Assembly: GCF_036321535.1 (NCBI RefSeq)
Contig: NC_087437.1
Location: 121,956,001-122,020,000, forward strand
Source of the DNA: Camelus dromedarius
Taxonomy: Eukaryota
Length of the DNA: 64,000 bases
Reading direction: 5' to 3'
Part shown: positions 36,656 to 50,597 of the stretch, piece by piece
How positions within the stretch are numbered: the stretch's first letter is position 1
How the letters are laid out: each line of letters begins with the position of its first letter
Program-made: the position numbers and the translations under genes
The notes under the pieces: generated by a model
Database searches by the model: none
The model's input: the letters and a program-made list of their open reading frames with translations, nothing else
What the model was told of the DNA's origin: nothing

Positions 36656-39600
36656 CTCCGGGCCACCCTCACAGCCAGCCCTGGCCACCTCCTGTCCTCG
36701 CTGTCTGTCTGTCTGTCTGTCTGTGCTCTCCCGCCAGCCCTCAGCTCTCTGCCCTGTGCCTGTGGGTCCGGCACCTGTGGTACCACACACACCTGCATCC
36801 TTCCAAGTGGTTCTGCCCTGATCCCTCTGTCCCCACCACTGATCCTGCATCCTTCTGGAGGCTGAGGTCCAGGCTCACCCATCCTCGTCTCCATGCCCAC
36901 TCCCCTGACCTGGAAGATCTCTGCCCACAACGGCCTTGCCCTCCTGACCGCTGGTCTTGGTCACGACCACCCGCAGAAGCCTCATCCCAGATCTGGCTCT
37001 GCTGGAGGAGAGCGGTCCTGTGGGGGGGACTGGTGGGTGGAGCGCCGGCTGCCCCGATGGCGGGTGTCATGGGTTGGCCCTGCTGCTGGCTGCCTGGCCC
37101 CCACATGAAGGGAGCGGGGGCAGGGCTGACCCAGGGGGATCAAGTACGCCCCTCTCCACACAGCTCCACTGGAGGCGACCCACACCCACACCTCTGGGTG
37201 TCACCACATCTTTGCCACTGCAGAGCCGAGGCACCCACATGTTGCAGACGCTTCCTGCTGCATGCTTCCTTCTGGTTCTCGACCTGGGCTGTGGGCTCCT
37301 CTGGAGGGATTCCCGAGGGACAGCAGATACTTTCAGGCCCATCACTGTGTCTGTGTCTGCGGAGCAAGAGTTTGTCTCGGGTGACAAGACGAGGTGCAGC
37401 AGGCCAGCGGGCGTCAGCAGCACAGTAATGGGGATTCAAAGCCACACGGCTCTTCTTCGTCATCTACTAAAGTTTAGAATAATCACAGTATAAAAACGAT
37501 CACATTTGTAACTGGCGCATATCCCTCCAACATCTCTGTGACCGTGACCGAGCTGGTCAGCTGTCCTGTGGTGGTGAAGTTCCCTCCTCGAGCTCTCAGG
37601 GGCCCCTCCTTTCCCTCAAGAGGCATTGCCATGATCTGGCCGTGGCCTTTCAACTGGATGGGGCCTCCTCCTCACAGCTGCCCCACCAAGGGGCCCTTCT
37701 GTCCAACCCTGCGGGTTGCCCGGGGGCACAGACACCCAGTAGGTCCCAGAGCCATGTCACTGGGGCCCCTGCTTAGCGTGGCTCCTGCATGTGTTCTCTG
37801 GACTCCCAGGCTCCGTTGTCCTGCTCAGGGCTGTGCTGGCCCAGCCCTGGAGGTGGGTCCCTTATGGTGGGGTCATCAAGGTGTGGGGAAGGGACCAAGT
37901 GACTTTGTGGGTGGTGCTGTTGGTGGCAGGGGAGGACCCCCTGGGGCACTGACACTTCCTCTCGCTTTGTAAGCAGGGCAGATCATTCTGTGCTTCTGGA
38001 ATGTTCCTTGAGGCAGAGGGAGGAGAGGTCTGCGTAAGCAGGAAGGGCGCTTGGAGGCCGCAGGGCCGAGGCTGGGGACCGTGGAGATGATGCTGCCTGC
38101 CTTCCCTCTTGTCCCCGAGGACCAGCTCTTCCCTGCCCCTGGGGCAGCCCGCAGGCTCCAGGCCCTGTGCACATGGGATGGTCAGGAGATGCGTTCTCCC
38201 CAGAGTGCAGGCCTCCGTTTCTCCCCAGCCCCAGCAAACAGTTGGATCCTGGCAGTTTTGTATCTGAATGCTTTCAGAAATAATATAGTAAATGCATTCT
38301 TCACTTTTCTCTATTCCTTTCTCTTCCCTCCTAATCTTACTCTAGAATTTTTCTGGCAGAAGAAGGCTTAAAACTCCTCATTTGTGTAGCACTCTGCAAA
38401 TTACAGAGTACTTGTCGCATCACCGAAAGGTGGGTATTTTCTTGTTCATATTTAGAATGAGCTGAGGCTGAGAGCAGCGAGTCATGGGCAGTTGAGAGGG
38501 GGTGGGGTTCAAGCTGAGAGTCCTCCGTAGAGCAGGCCCCTGGGCCCGTGTCACAGGCCACATGGGCTCCAGGGGGTTGGAGAGCCCTGGCCTCCGGCTG
38601 GTGCCGTACAGATTCCGCATTCTCCCGCAGGGCCACTTCGCTGCTCGCGACGCTGCCCTGTCCCTCCTGGCTGCTGCCCCCGCACTGGTCCCCCCACCCC
38701 ACCCCGCCTCCGGCCGGCCTCCCCACCTCCCTCCAGGACCTCCTGCTGGGGAACCAAACAGAAGTTGGCCAGGAGGAGGAGGTGTGCCAGCAGATCTGGA
38801 GGCTTTTTGCCCCAGCCTCTAAGCTTTGCTCAGCTCCTGCTGGAGAGTGGGTGGGGTGTGGGACCGCCCCGCGATTGTGCTGTGTCGCCTGGGGAAGGGA
38901 TGCTGCGGATGTAATTAAGGCTTCCAGTCAGCTGACTGCGTGAGTCAGAGGAGGTGCCAGCCTTAAGCCCAGGAGCCCTTTCAGTCAGCTCTGGGGGTGG
39001 GAGAGGGGAGGGGGAGGGGGCCGGAGACACAGGCAGCTGCTGGGAGCCCAGAGGCCCAGCTGACAGCTGACAGCCCCAGGGCACTGCGCTCAGCCAGCCA
39101 CAACTGGGCAGACCTGAGTCCTGCGTCCCCCAAACCAAAAACCCTGCGTCCAGACCTGTGCCATTCCCGGCCATGAGCTCAGGCGGGCACTGTGTTCAGT
39201 CCCCAGTTGTGGGGACTTGCTCTCTGGCAGTAGGGAAATGGGGCGCAGTGGCGCAGGGGCAGGGCAGGGACGACTGCACCCTGTTTTGTTGTGTTTTCAA
39301 AGGATCAACCAGTGGCCCCACTGCCATCACAGCTCACCAGAATCCCTCTGGTGGGAGTGCCGCCTTCACCCAGTAACTCCCCGTAGATGCTCCCGAGCGT
39401 GCTGCTGGGCGCTCTGTCCCGCCACCTCTCTGTTCCTGCAGAAAGGTCAACTCACGACCCATGTTACTGGTTTTCTCCAAAATTCTAGTTTATTGCTCAC
39501 CTCTGTGCTTCCAGATGAATGCCGCAGTCCTTCTGTCACGAATCTTGGTTGGCCAGTCCCTCGCTTAGGCTGGGAGGGCCCTCCCCCGCGGGAAGGCCCC

Positions 39601-42600
39601 ACGGTGTCCTGGGTGGAGTCCTCTTCAGCAGCCCCAGTCATTTACATTTCACGTTCTTCATTCTATTGTAAGTATCACTGATAATAGGAAAGATACTCAC
39701 TTTTGCGTCTTTAGTTTATAATCTGCCAACTAGTAAACCCCATCCTGTGGCGTCTCATACACTGGGATGTGTTAGGTGGAGACTCAGATTATCACAAATA
39801 ATCATTTTAACGCCTTTCCTTTTCAAGTGTCTGGCTCCTGGTTATCTTAAATTTACTAACTGCAGGGCCTGAATTTTTGGAATAACGTTGAGTTGCAGTC
39901 CCTCTTGTTCCTGTTCGGCCGGACTGCCACCTCCTCCTGCCCTGAAGCTTATGCATGACCAGAGGGTCATCAACTGTTCTCGAGCTCCTTTCTGAACACC
40001 TCTTGTCCCGCTGCCCCACCCGGCCCGCCCTCCCTGCCTCAGGGACGCCCCTTTCCTGGGCCTTGTGGACTCTCTCTTCCGCATCTGAAAGCTCACTTCC
40101 TCTGCCCTCTCTCCCTGGGTCTCCACTCACAGGACATCGTGTGGGTACCTCCCTCCCGAGACTCATTATGGGCCCGGCCAGCCATCCTCCCACCCAGGAC
40201 CCTCGTCCTGTCCTGACTGCGGGAAACTGCCAGCCCCCAGCCCTGCTCCTGAGAGCCTCCCCTCCCCTCCCCACATTCCTCCATAAGCCCAGGGTCCTCA
40301 GTGTCCTCCTGGAACCTCCTCATGCCCTTGGGGGCTGGACCTGCGTGCAGACGGTGCAAGGAAGGCCACTGATCAGGACCGCCAAGGACCAGGATCAGGG
40401 TGGAGAAGGCACCGGGACACCTGGGCACCTGGGAGGGAGTGACAGCCAGTCTCCACGCAGGACGGACCCCGCCGCCCTCAGCCCCACGGATGTGACTGGG
40501 GAGGGGCTGCGGCCTGACTTCCCTGGCAAATGGAAGCTGAAGGTTCTGAGGCTCGACAAGCAAGCTGGAGAGCACCCAGACCCGGCTTCCCCTGGGATCA
40601 GCTGGGCAGTGTCCCAGGAAGTGGAGGACTGCCTTACCCCATGACCCTGCGGCCCTACTCCTGGGAGTACACTCGAGAAAAACCAGGCGGGTGTGCCAAG
40701 GAGACAGGCGTGAGCGGGTCCCTGTGTAAACACTGGGGCCCGATCCATGACCACACTTGTGCAGAAAGGAGAGTTAGACCTGTGTGCATCAGCGCGGGCG
40801 CGTCCCGACAACCTGGTCCTGAGTGTCCGCGGCAGCGGACGTGTGCCCTGTGATGCCGTTTACGACAGTTTTCTGAGCACACAACGTGGTGGGGAATCTG
40901 GTTGGGGCACATGCAGTGTGGTAGGAGTGCAATGGCAGGGCCTCTTGGGCAGCTGGGGCACCTGTTTCTAGCCTTTCGTGTGTTTTATTCATTTAGAAGG
41001 AAGCGGAAGCAAATACAGTGCAGCGCTAACGTCGGTTAATGCTTAACATTGAGTGTGCCTCTGTCTCTCTGGTTTTAGTTTCTCTAGCTTTGAAAGACTG
41101 TGGTGAGAAATTAAAACCTTTTTCAAACTAAATCCGATGAGCCCTCTCATGAAGGGAGCGTTGTGCCCAAGCCCCTGGCTCGGAGGGCATCCTGATGTGA
41201 GTCACTGCCCTGGTCACTGAGGGTCAGAGTTCCCGCTGCGCCTCCGGCATCCCGAGCCCTGGCGGGCCTGGTCCGGAGCCCCGATCAGGCACTGAGGCTT
41301 CTCTGGGCATCCGGTGCTCTGTCCCTGGATGAAGCGTGGACTTTCTGCTGTGGCTGTGGTTTGAGGAGAGTCCCTAGGAGCTCCCGAGGGCCCCGCTCCG
41401 CCCAGGCCAGGACTGTCCTCTCCCAAGGCCCCTTACCCTGGCCTGGTGGTATGGGGGTCACTGAGCTGGGTGGACCCTCCTCCTGGAGCTCTTCCCTTCC
41501 TCTGGGGAGGGGGAGGTCTAGCCTGAGAAGGTCACCGTGGCACCGAGGGAGGACCCCCAGGCGCAGAGAGGTGCCCCAGGGAACAGGGCTGGAAGGGGAC
41601 CTGACGGGGTGGCAGACTTGACTGCTGGCTTGCGGCATGTTTCCAGACTCCCTCTGCAGGATGATGTGGGGTTAGAACGTGCCCTGCCCTCCGTCCGCCA
41701 CTGACCGCAAGCGGGGCTCCCAAGGGGCCCTTCTCTCCCCTCGCAGTGGGTGCTCACGTGTGAACGTGGTCACCCTGCAGGTCACGCGGTCTCCCAGAAG
41801 CTGGGAGCACAGACCACACTTCCACCTAGAAGTTACACGTGTGCAGGGAGTGAAGGCTGCCGGCGCCCCCAGGGGTAGCTGTGTGGAAGGCTGGCGCCCT
41901 CCCGTCCACCCGCCGCCCTGTGATGGCCTGGCGGTCCCCGCGGCCGCGGGCCTGAGGGGCCCTCTCACTCGGCCGTTTCTGGAAGTTTCTGGAAGCACAG
42001 GGCGCGGGGAGCCGTGGGAGCCGTCACCTCAGCGCTTCTGCCTCTCACCTTTTGGTTCATTTTCACTCCCCCTCAGCCTCCATCCTCCCTCCTCCTCCGT
42101 CCTCGCTCCCTCCTCCGTCTGTCCATCCGTCCGTCTGTCTCCCCCTGGACTCTGCTTGTCTCCCACATTCTGTGCTCTTTCCTTTCCTGCCAGGGTCCCT
42201 GCCTCTCCCCCCGTGACCCTTCTCGAGCTGGTCAGGGCCATCGGATGGCCGGGACGCCCGGCGCCAGGTGCAGGGCAGTTTTGTGCCCCAGTTCACTCCC
42301 CACTCTCAACCCCGACGACCTGGGCCCCTGCAGGCCCACCGCGGCCCCACGCAGCCCAGCCCCTGCATCGCGTCCCCACTTCATGCCGCCGCTCCCTGGC
42401 CGAGTTGTACAGGCTCCCATCCCTCTCCGCGCTCTTCTTCTCCCTGGGGTGGCCCTGCCCATGGCTGCGCGTTGTCTTGGAGTTTTGGGTGACATGAGCT
42501 TCCAGGTACCAAAGGGCAAGTGGGAAGGCGGCGGGGCGGGGGCGGGGCGGGGGCGGGACGGGGGCAGCTCTGTGGCACAGCCTGGCTCGGAGGCCCTGGA

Positions 42601-42944
42601 GGGACCGGGCTCTGTGCCCAGAGCCTGGCCCGTCCCTGCCCCCCAGCAACTCAGTGTCTCTCCCTAGAGTAGCAACTTCCTGCGAGTCACGTGTTGAAAA
42701 TGAGTGACTGTCCACAGGACCCTGCAACGTGGGTTCGTGGAACTTCCTCTCTGCCGCCTCCAGCCCCCACGCCGCTGAGACCCAGCTCGAGGACCAGCCC
42801 GCCACGGTCAGGAGGCCGTGCCCCTGGGCCCTTGGCGAACTGATTTGAGGCTTGTCTCCTGCCCTGGGGCTGGGGGCGGGGTGGGGGTGTCACCTGGGGT
42901 GCAGCGAAGTCACCAAGAAGAGAGCAGCAGTCAGGGCCTCTCTC

Positions 42945-43027
42945 CCAGTCCCCCTCGTCCAGGCCCCCTCGTCCAAACCCCCTTGTCCAGTCCCCCTCGT
43001 CCAGGCCCCCTCGTCCAGGCCCCCTCG
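42945..43027. repeat. Tandem repeat, about 6 copies of a 14-bp unit
   Basis: Unit ccaggccccctcgt with minor variants. Confidence 0.9.
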
Positions 43028-43747
43028 ACTAGGCCCTGCCCTCGCACCACAGGCGTGCCACACAGGCCACAGGCAGGGCTGTCCCTCGGCCCCCGGGTCG
43101 GGGGTGCCACGTCAGACCTTTCACTGAGGGGCACCCCCGAGGCCTGGGAACACACTGCACCCTCTCCAGGGGGACCAGCTTCCTGGGGTGACTTCAGGCC
43201 CAACCAGGGTCTTTCTGGCTCTCAGATGAACAAGGGCTGAGGTCACTTGGAGTCACAGAGCAGTCCCTGCGGTGATCACAGTCTTCAGACGCGTGGGCTT
43301 GGGCAAGGCAGCGCTGCTGGTTTGAGCGAGGGCACTGCGTCATCCAGTTTCCTTTTTTCCCTGATTCTAAATGATGGGGGGGAAAGATTCTGTTTCCATT
43401 TTAGGTCCTGTTTAAAAGAAGGATTAGAGGGAAAGGGGGTGAATATCTTCTAAGTTACTGAAGAAGATAATGAACAAAATATCTAGGACCTAGCTCAGCA
43501 CTCATACCTGAGTGTAGGTGAAAAGATATTTCACATGAGCCAAAAACATTAAATAAGGAAACAAAAAAATCGTAAGGAGGAGTTGACAAGTAGGATGACT
43601 TATAAACCTACAGATAATAAACGGACATTATTAAACCCTGCTATTTCAAAATAAGCAACCATTAAACTATCCTATTTCAGAACAGAGCTTCTCAGATTGA
43701 TTTGGAAAATGGAAACATGTTTGCACAGGAGAAATGATCACGGGGGG

Positions 43748-43915
43748 ACACGGGGAGAAGGCAGCCATCCATGCGCCAAGGGGAGAGGCCTTGGGGAAGC
43801 CAGTCCTGTCCAGACTCTGATCTCAGACCTCCGGCCTCCAGGCTGTGAGAAAATAAGTTTCTGCTGCAAGCTGCCCAGCCTGTGGTGGTGTATGGCGGTT
43901 GCCCGGGCTGATACA
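43748..43915 (+). mobile_element. MaLR LTR 3' part (MLT1A/B-like)
   Basis: gagaaggcagccatc...ctgatctcagacctccggcctccaggctgtgagaaaataagtttctg...gggctgataca. Confidence 0.75.
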
Positions 43916-45289
43916 GTGCTTTCGGGGGGGCTTGTCAACATCTAGAGAACTTTCCCCCGCGTTTACCCTTTGTCCGGTGGTCCTGTTCTCGGGCCCTCCC
44001 GCAGAGCATCGCTGGCAAAAATAGGCGTGACCAACAGGCACGGAGTAGACACGCAGACAGCTGTTCATTTCAGCCCTGAATTAAATACGTGAATGTGTAT
44101 CGAGTTGGTGAGGCAACCACGCAGGAAAACATTGCTTCAGATGCCTTCATAACATGGCGGTCGTAACTCTGAATCCCAAGTGGAATATGTCCTAAGGGAA
44201 ATAAAGTAGTTCCGTAGACTAAGTGTTAGTAACAACATTGTCACTGTTGTTTTTAAACTGTTACGTATATTTGGGTAAACACTTTCTGTGTATCTCCATC
44301 TTAGGTTCTTTTCTGGATTTTTTGTTTCTCTGTTCTTCAGTTTTCCCTAACCTTTTTTCCCCTTTCTGTTCTTCATTTGGACCTTTTCTGTTGACCGCTT
44401 TTCCAGTTTACTGCCCTGGCCTTCTGCTACGTCCAGCCTCCTGGGAGCCCCACACAGAGAGTTTTTTCTTTCAAATTTTGTAATTTTCAGGTTTAGAATG
44501 CATTTTTCTTTACCTTTTCATTCTTGGTTGGGATAGCCCACGTCCGTTTTTTTCCACCTTTCCCTTTCTTTTTCATTACATAATCGCCAGGGCTATTTCG
44601 AGTCTTGTCTGCTGACGTTAATGTCTAGATCACGTCTGGGTCCTGTTGACTATTCGCTGCTCACTGCACATCCAGGGACTCCTGTTGTGTGCTGGGCATC
44701 ACTGGTGAAGTGTTTTAGGGTTCCCCCCGTCCCCGTTTGTTCTAGGGGGGACTGAAGGGGCCAGGGTCCCCGTGACGCTCTCAGGACTGGATTCAGGCTT
44801 TGTTAGGGCATCGTCTGTCTGTGTCCATGTTGCTGGGTCCTGGGCCATTGCCCCCCTCCCCGGACCCTTACAGCAGCTTCAGCGGAAAGCTTGGTCTGCT
44901 CACCGGGGCCCTCCTGCTGCGCTGTCAGTGTGACCTGCGCCTCCCGGCGGCCCTCCCAGGGTCTCAGAGTGTCCCTTTCTGCAGACACAGATTAGGACTT
45001 CACACAGGTTTGGGGATACCTTCTCTAGAGCTGACAGCAGTCCCAGCACCTACCAGCTCTGCACCTCACTTGGAAAGCACCCTCCGGGGCCAGCAGGGCG
45101 AGCGGGTCTCCCCCGCAGCCTCCGCTTCCCCAAGGACCACGTCTGTCTGTCCTCCAGCTCCTACACTGGCTCCCACCGGACAGTAGGTCAACCCCAGTGG
45201 CTGCGCCTGGGCCCAGTCCTAAACGCCACCACGTGTGAGCAGTCAGCTTGGTGCCTTTGGAAGCAAGAGTGGTCGCGTACCAGAAAAAG

Positions 45290-47560
45290 TTGTGTTTGTT
45301 GGGGGTTTTTATCAGGCATGGTGCTGAATTTTGTCAGGTGATTTTCCCTGCATCTCCTGAAATGATAATTTTCTGCTGTATCCCGTTAATATGGTGAATT
45401 ATACTGATCGATTTTGCAAGTGTGAAACCAACTTTGCATTCCCGGTGTAAACGCTATTTGGTCACGATTCTTGGATTTTCCTTGCTGATACTTTTGTGAG
45501 GGGCTTACACATACGGTCATGAAAGAGACTGGTGTGCAATTTTCATTTTTCTCATATCTTCATCAGATTTTAAAATCAGAGTTACGCTTGCTTTGTATGA
45601 TGACTTTGGAATTATTTCTTCTTCCTCTATTTTTCTGAAGCAGTTTGTGTGAGACTGGAGTTATGACATCTTCATACGTTTGGCAGAATTTCCCAGTGTT
45701 TAGAGTCTCCTTGGTGGGAAGGGATTTGCCAACAAATTCAACTTTTTCAATATCTACAGCTGTGTCCACATCCGTTTTTAGTCTGTGTCAATTCTGGAGG
45801 CTGTGGTTTTTGAAACTTCCCATTCACCTGAGCTGATATGTGCGGGCTGATGGAGTTCATCATTGTAACCCCAGGTTGCCGTTTTGATGTCCGCAGGGTC
45901 CACAGGGGCAACTGCTATTTGGGACTTTTGTTTTCTCTCCTTTTGTCTTTATCGGAGGGTTTTCAGTTTAAAGGTTATGAACTAATTTTATTTTTCTTTA
46001 TTGTTTGTCTGTGTTTCCATCGGTTTCCATTCATGTTTGTTATTCCTGCTGTAGCCATTTCCTATGGCTGCCTGAGGATATTACCGCAGACTCCCAGCTG
46101 TCTGCAGAGCGGACCCCAGCGCGGGGCCCAGCACGGGCCCACTGGGCTCAGGCCAGGGCCTGGCCGCCCTGCACCCCTTTCTGGAGGCTCGGGGAGAGTT
46201 CACTTCCTTGCTTCTCCCAGCCCCTCTCCCTCCCACCCTGGCACCTCGACACCTCAGCATCTCTCTCTGACCTTTCTTCCAGCATCACTTTTCCCTCTGA
46301 GGCAGCTCAGAAGGTTCTCCACCTTAAAGAACTCAGGTGGTTGTACTGGGCCCGCCCAGATAACCCAGGATAACCTCCCTGTTTCGAGGCCTGTAACCTC
46401 AGTCCCACCTGCAGAGTCCCTCTGCCACTGAGGGCAGTTCACACTTCCCGGGGCTCGGGCTCGGGGCGGCATCTCTGGGGCAGGGGTTACTCTGCCCGCC
46501 ACGCCTCCCTCCCAGTGCTTTGGGCTTCGTTTGCTTTACTTCTCGCTTCTTAAAGCAGAAGCCACTTACCTTTTCTAAGTTAAGCGCTTAGTCCTGAAAT
46601 TTCCGTCTCAGTCCTGCTTTAGCCGTGGTCCACACGTTTGTGTACACTGTGTTTTCATTTTCGTTCAGTTCATTGTATATGTTAAATTTCGCTTGCGGTT
46701 CCCTCTTGTCCATGGATTATCCAGAGGTGTGTTGTGTTATTTCCAAGTGTTTAGAGACGATCCTGTTATCTTTCAGCTATTGATCTGATTTGATTTAATT
46801 GTACTCAGAGAATGCACTCTGTGTGATTTTAATTCTTGCAAATGTGCTGAGATGAGCTTCACGGCCCCGGCTGCAAGCTGTCTGGGTGAATGTTCGCAGG
46901 TGCTTGAGAAGAACGTGTGCTCCGCTGCCGTGGGCTGGAGTGATCTGCAGCGTCAGCCGCCTCATTTGGGGATGGTGTTAAGTCCTCCTGTGTTGTTGGT
47001 GATTTTCTGTTCCCTTGTCTTGCCAGTTGTTGAGAGGTGGGGTCTTGAAATCTCCAATGTAAATGTGGCTTTCTTTGTCTGTTTTTCCTTTGCTGTCAGT
47101 CTTTCATGGATTTTGTGCTTTGTTTTTCGGTGCACAGATATTTAGGGCTGCTCACTTTTCATGGAGAGACTTTTTTCATCGCTATGAAATGATTTCTTTG
47201 TCCCTGCCTGTTGTCTTTGCTCTGAAGTCTGCCGCATCTGGCGTTCCTGTAGCCATTCCTGGTTTTTAAGAAAGAATGTTTGCTTGGACTGCAAATAGTT
47301 GGGTCTTTTTTTTTTCTTTAATACCTTCTGCCAATCTCTGTCTTTTATTGGTGTATTTAGACCATTTATAGCATAATGTAATAATTATTGCTACGTTAGG
47401 GCTGAGGGCTGCCATTTTACTGTTTGTTTTGTGTTTGTTTGCTCTGGTTTTTGTTTTTCTGTGTACTCCTCCCGCCTCCTTTGGGTTACTTGACCATTGT
47501 TTTTTAGAATTCCATTTTGATTTATCTGTAATGTTTTTGAGTGCATCCCTTTTATAGGTT
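45290..47560 (-). mobile_element. Old LINE-1 ORF2 fragments, antisense, with an MLT insertion
   Basis: tttttatcaggcatggtgctgaattttgtcag, ttttcattttcgttcagttc, ctgccaatctctgtcttttattggtgtatttagaccattta. Confidence 0.8.
46049..46503 (-). mobile_element. MaLR LTR (MLT1D-like) inserted in L1
   Basis: tttcctatggctgcc...tttctggaggctcggggagag...gggcccgcccagataacccaggataacctccct...ctctgcccgccac. Confidence 0.75.
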
Positions 47561-50500
47561 TTTAAAGTGGCAGTGTCTGCAGGCTGAGCAGGGAGCTGAG
47601 CAGCATTGGGGATGAGGAGGGCCTGTCCCATCTTCTTGCCTTGTGGTCCAGCCTTGGTGTTCCTGCTCGCTGAGATGGCAAGCACTCACCTGCGGCGTGG
47701 AGGGCAGGTCTCCTGCCGTGTGTCCTGTGCTCACCAAGGCCATGGCTGGGCCCAGCGGGTTTTGCTGGCATCTTGGGGAAACCATCTTCACAGAAGCATT
47801 TTGGAAAGGGCAGTTTACCTGAATGCGAGCCGCGGGAGCGAGAAGGGCTGGCGGCAGCCTGCACGGTGCCCGAGGTGCGCTTTATTCCACGTTGAGCTAA
47901 CGGAGACGCGAGTGGGGGGGGGGGTGCTAGCGCGGGCACTGAGGCACTGCTGCACCCAGTCCCTTTCAGGACACCTTCTCATCTGCTGCCTCGCGGGGTC
48001 GGGGTGGAACCACACGTTTTCCAGACCCGGCAGCACTGCTCCTCGGGACCCTGGCTGTCGGTCCTTGCGTCTTCCCCTCCCTGCACTGCTTTCCGGAACG
48101 TTCTGGGAGGTGCAGGGTGTCTGTGTCTCGAGGTGGCATGCTCAAACTGACTCACACGTCGAGCATTTGCAGGAAGCCATGTTTGGACAGAGGCTTCTGT
48201 GGCTCAGGCAAGCTGGAAGAGAGGTGTGTCCCCAGGTGTGCCTGGGCGCACTGGCAGACAAGGAGGGGTGCAGTCACCTTCTGGGTGGGCACAGGGACCA
48301 CTTGGGAGACCGGGGACCGTTGGGGTTCAAGGTGAAGTCGTGGGCTGGGTGGCTGCGTGGTGACAGGCCGACCCCTAAGGGCGGAGCGAGCTGGGTGCCA
48401 GGGTGCGGGGCCTCAGAGGGCCAGGTCAGCGCAGCCTTGATGTGAGCAGAGCAGAGAGCTGCCCGAGCAAGCCATTCACTGAGGTCTGCAGCTGGAGAAC
48501 ACAGGTGATGAAGAGGGACCAGTGTCCAGTGACGAAGGTAGACGTAGCTGGGGAGCGAGTGACGCAGGTGCCAGGGGACCTGGTCCTCGTGACCTGGGGA
48601 CTTTGAGCTTCTCCCTGACATGTGGAGAGCGGCATGGGGCAGGGAGGCCAGGGCTCTGGGTGGACTCCGGGCTGCCCTCGGGGTCTGTGCCCACCTCCCT
48701 CTGGAGTGCAGCCTGGAGGCCCTATCCACTTGTGGAAATAAGCTGAAATTCATAATCTGGGACATGGTGGCCAGCTGAGGAGGATGGTGACACTGCAGCC
48801 GAGGGTGGGACCTGCCCGTGAATGTCTGGCCAGGCACTCGGCTTGAGCGACTCCCACGTGCTGGCCAATGCTGCCGGACCAAGAGGTGCCAGGCGTGGTC
48901 TCCACCTGCCAGAAACTCCTGGTGGGAGACAGGCGCGGACCATTAACCAGGGGACACCATCCGCGGGAGGGGACCACAGATCAGATGTTCTCAACTGAAG
49001 GCCCAGGCATGACAGGCTTAGCTGAGCCTCCCCAAAACTGTTCAAACATCCTCGCTCCCTGAGCGAGCCCTGGCCCTCCTCCTTGGGACAGGCTGTGCGG
49101 TGGTGGAGTTAGTTCTGGAAGCAGGTGGAGTTCCTTGAAGACCTGGAAGGCCCATCACCTGAGCTCTTACTGCCCTGGCCCTCTCCCCACTCCCACCCCA
49201 GGGCCTTTGCACACGCCCGGCCAGCTGGAGTGGTCTGCTCCCGGACGTGACGGAGGTACTCATACAGCATACACTGGCTGGGGGGGCAGAGTTGCTTGGG
49301 GTGGGAACCTCCTCCCCCTGGAATTGGAGTCAGGATGGTTACCTCCCCACTGCGAGACCTTCCCCTCAGTGCAGACCGCCACTCCACCCTCTCCCTCCCC
49401 GTGAGCTGGTGTACTGAGTGCTCTGCGAAGCCGGCCATCATGAGGTGTGGGCCGAAGCAGAGACATCAGTCCAGCGGGGGTGACAGAGGGCCTGGGCACC
49501 CATTCTTGGCCTGCCTGTGTCCAGTGCCAAGTGTGCCTGGCCTTAGGTCGAGGTGACCTGGTGGGGCCTGCACAGGCTGGGCAACGTTGCACGTGGGTCC
49601 AGGAACACAGTGGTCTCTGTCACGGGGGTGCGGCCTGCCCCAGAGCCAAGACATCTGCACTGTCCTGACAGCGGCATGTCCCATGCTCGTGCTGATGCAC
49701 CGGCCCTGAGATCTTTAACTCCCCCAGCCTCTGGCCCCGTGCCCCCAGAGCATCTGGACATCTTGCTGTTTCCTGCTCACCGTGTCCACGTAGAAAGTGC
49801 CACCATAAAGTGGCCGGGTGTGCAGTGTGTGCTGTCGGAAACACGTACAGGTCCCTGCAGCGCGAGCGGGGCTGTTCGCTCCTCCAGGAGAGCAGCTGAA
49901 CTCCATCCCCTGCAGTGCGCGACCTGGGAGGGGTGTTCCCAGGCGAGTGTCTGGGACCAGTCAGAGGCCACACGGCAGCCCAGGGTGTCGGCCATGGTCC
50001 GCCTGCTTTTCACAGTGGAGACTGGGAAGGGGCTCCCGGGATCCCCGGCCCTGAGCCCCGAAGTCCTTCGTGGTGGCTCTGACTCTGCGGCTCCTCCCGC
50101 GTGCTGCCTCGCTGGGGAGGCCAGGTTTCCAGGGGCCACACTTGGCCTCTCTACCTCGATGTCTTCCTCCGAGACCAGGGGACAGGGGGCATCTGGCGGC
50201 TGCTAAGTGTCCCAGCCAGTTGTGCACTCGGGGACCCCTGCGGTGTTCCCGGCACACTGGGCCCTGGGCTGGCTTCCTGAGCCTCCCCCCTTATGCCCGT
50301 GGCTGGTCATCAGAAGAGGGGCCGTGCTTGTCGTCAGGACACCGCGAGTCAGAGCCGGGTCAGCACGTGCCGTCTGGAACGCCGGAGGAGACAGTTTGGG
50401 ATTGTGGGCCGCGCAGCCTTTGTAGCATCCGCTCAGCTCTGCCCATGAGGTGGGCGTGCCTGTGAACCGCAGACATGGGCCGTGGGCTGGGTTTGGTCCG

Positions 50501-50577
50501 ATACATTCCTAGTCTGTTTCTGAGAATCCTTCAGAGAATCTTTTTCTTTGAAGACCTGAGATTAGGCCAGTGGAATT

Positions 50578-50597
50578 CTGCTGCCACCTAGTGGCTG
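50578..50597 (-). promoter_or_regulatory. CTCF motif
   Basis: Minus strand reads CAGCCACTAGGTGGCAGCAG, fitting the CCASYAGRKGGCR core. Confidence 0.55.

Noticed and set aside
38738..38939. Candidate exon DLLLGNQTEVGQEEE...
   Set aside because: Plausible acceptor, but the nearest donor is weak and no protein is recognised.
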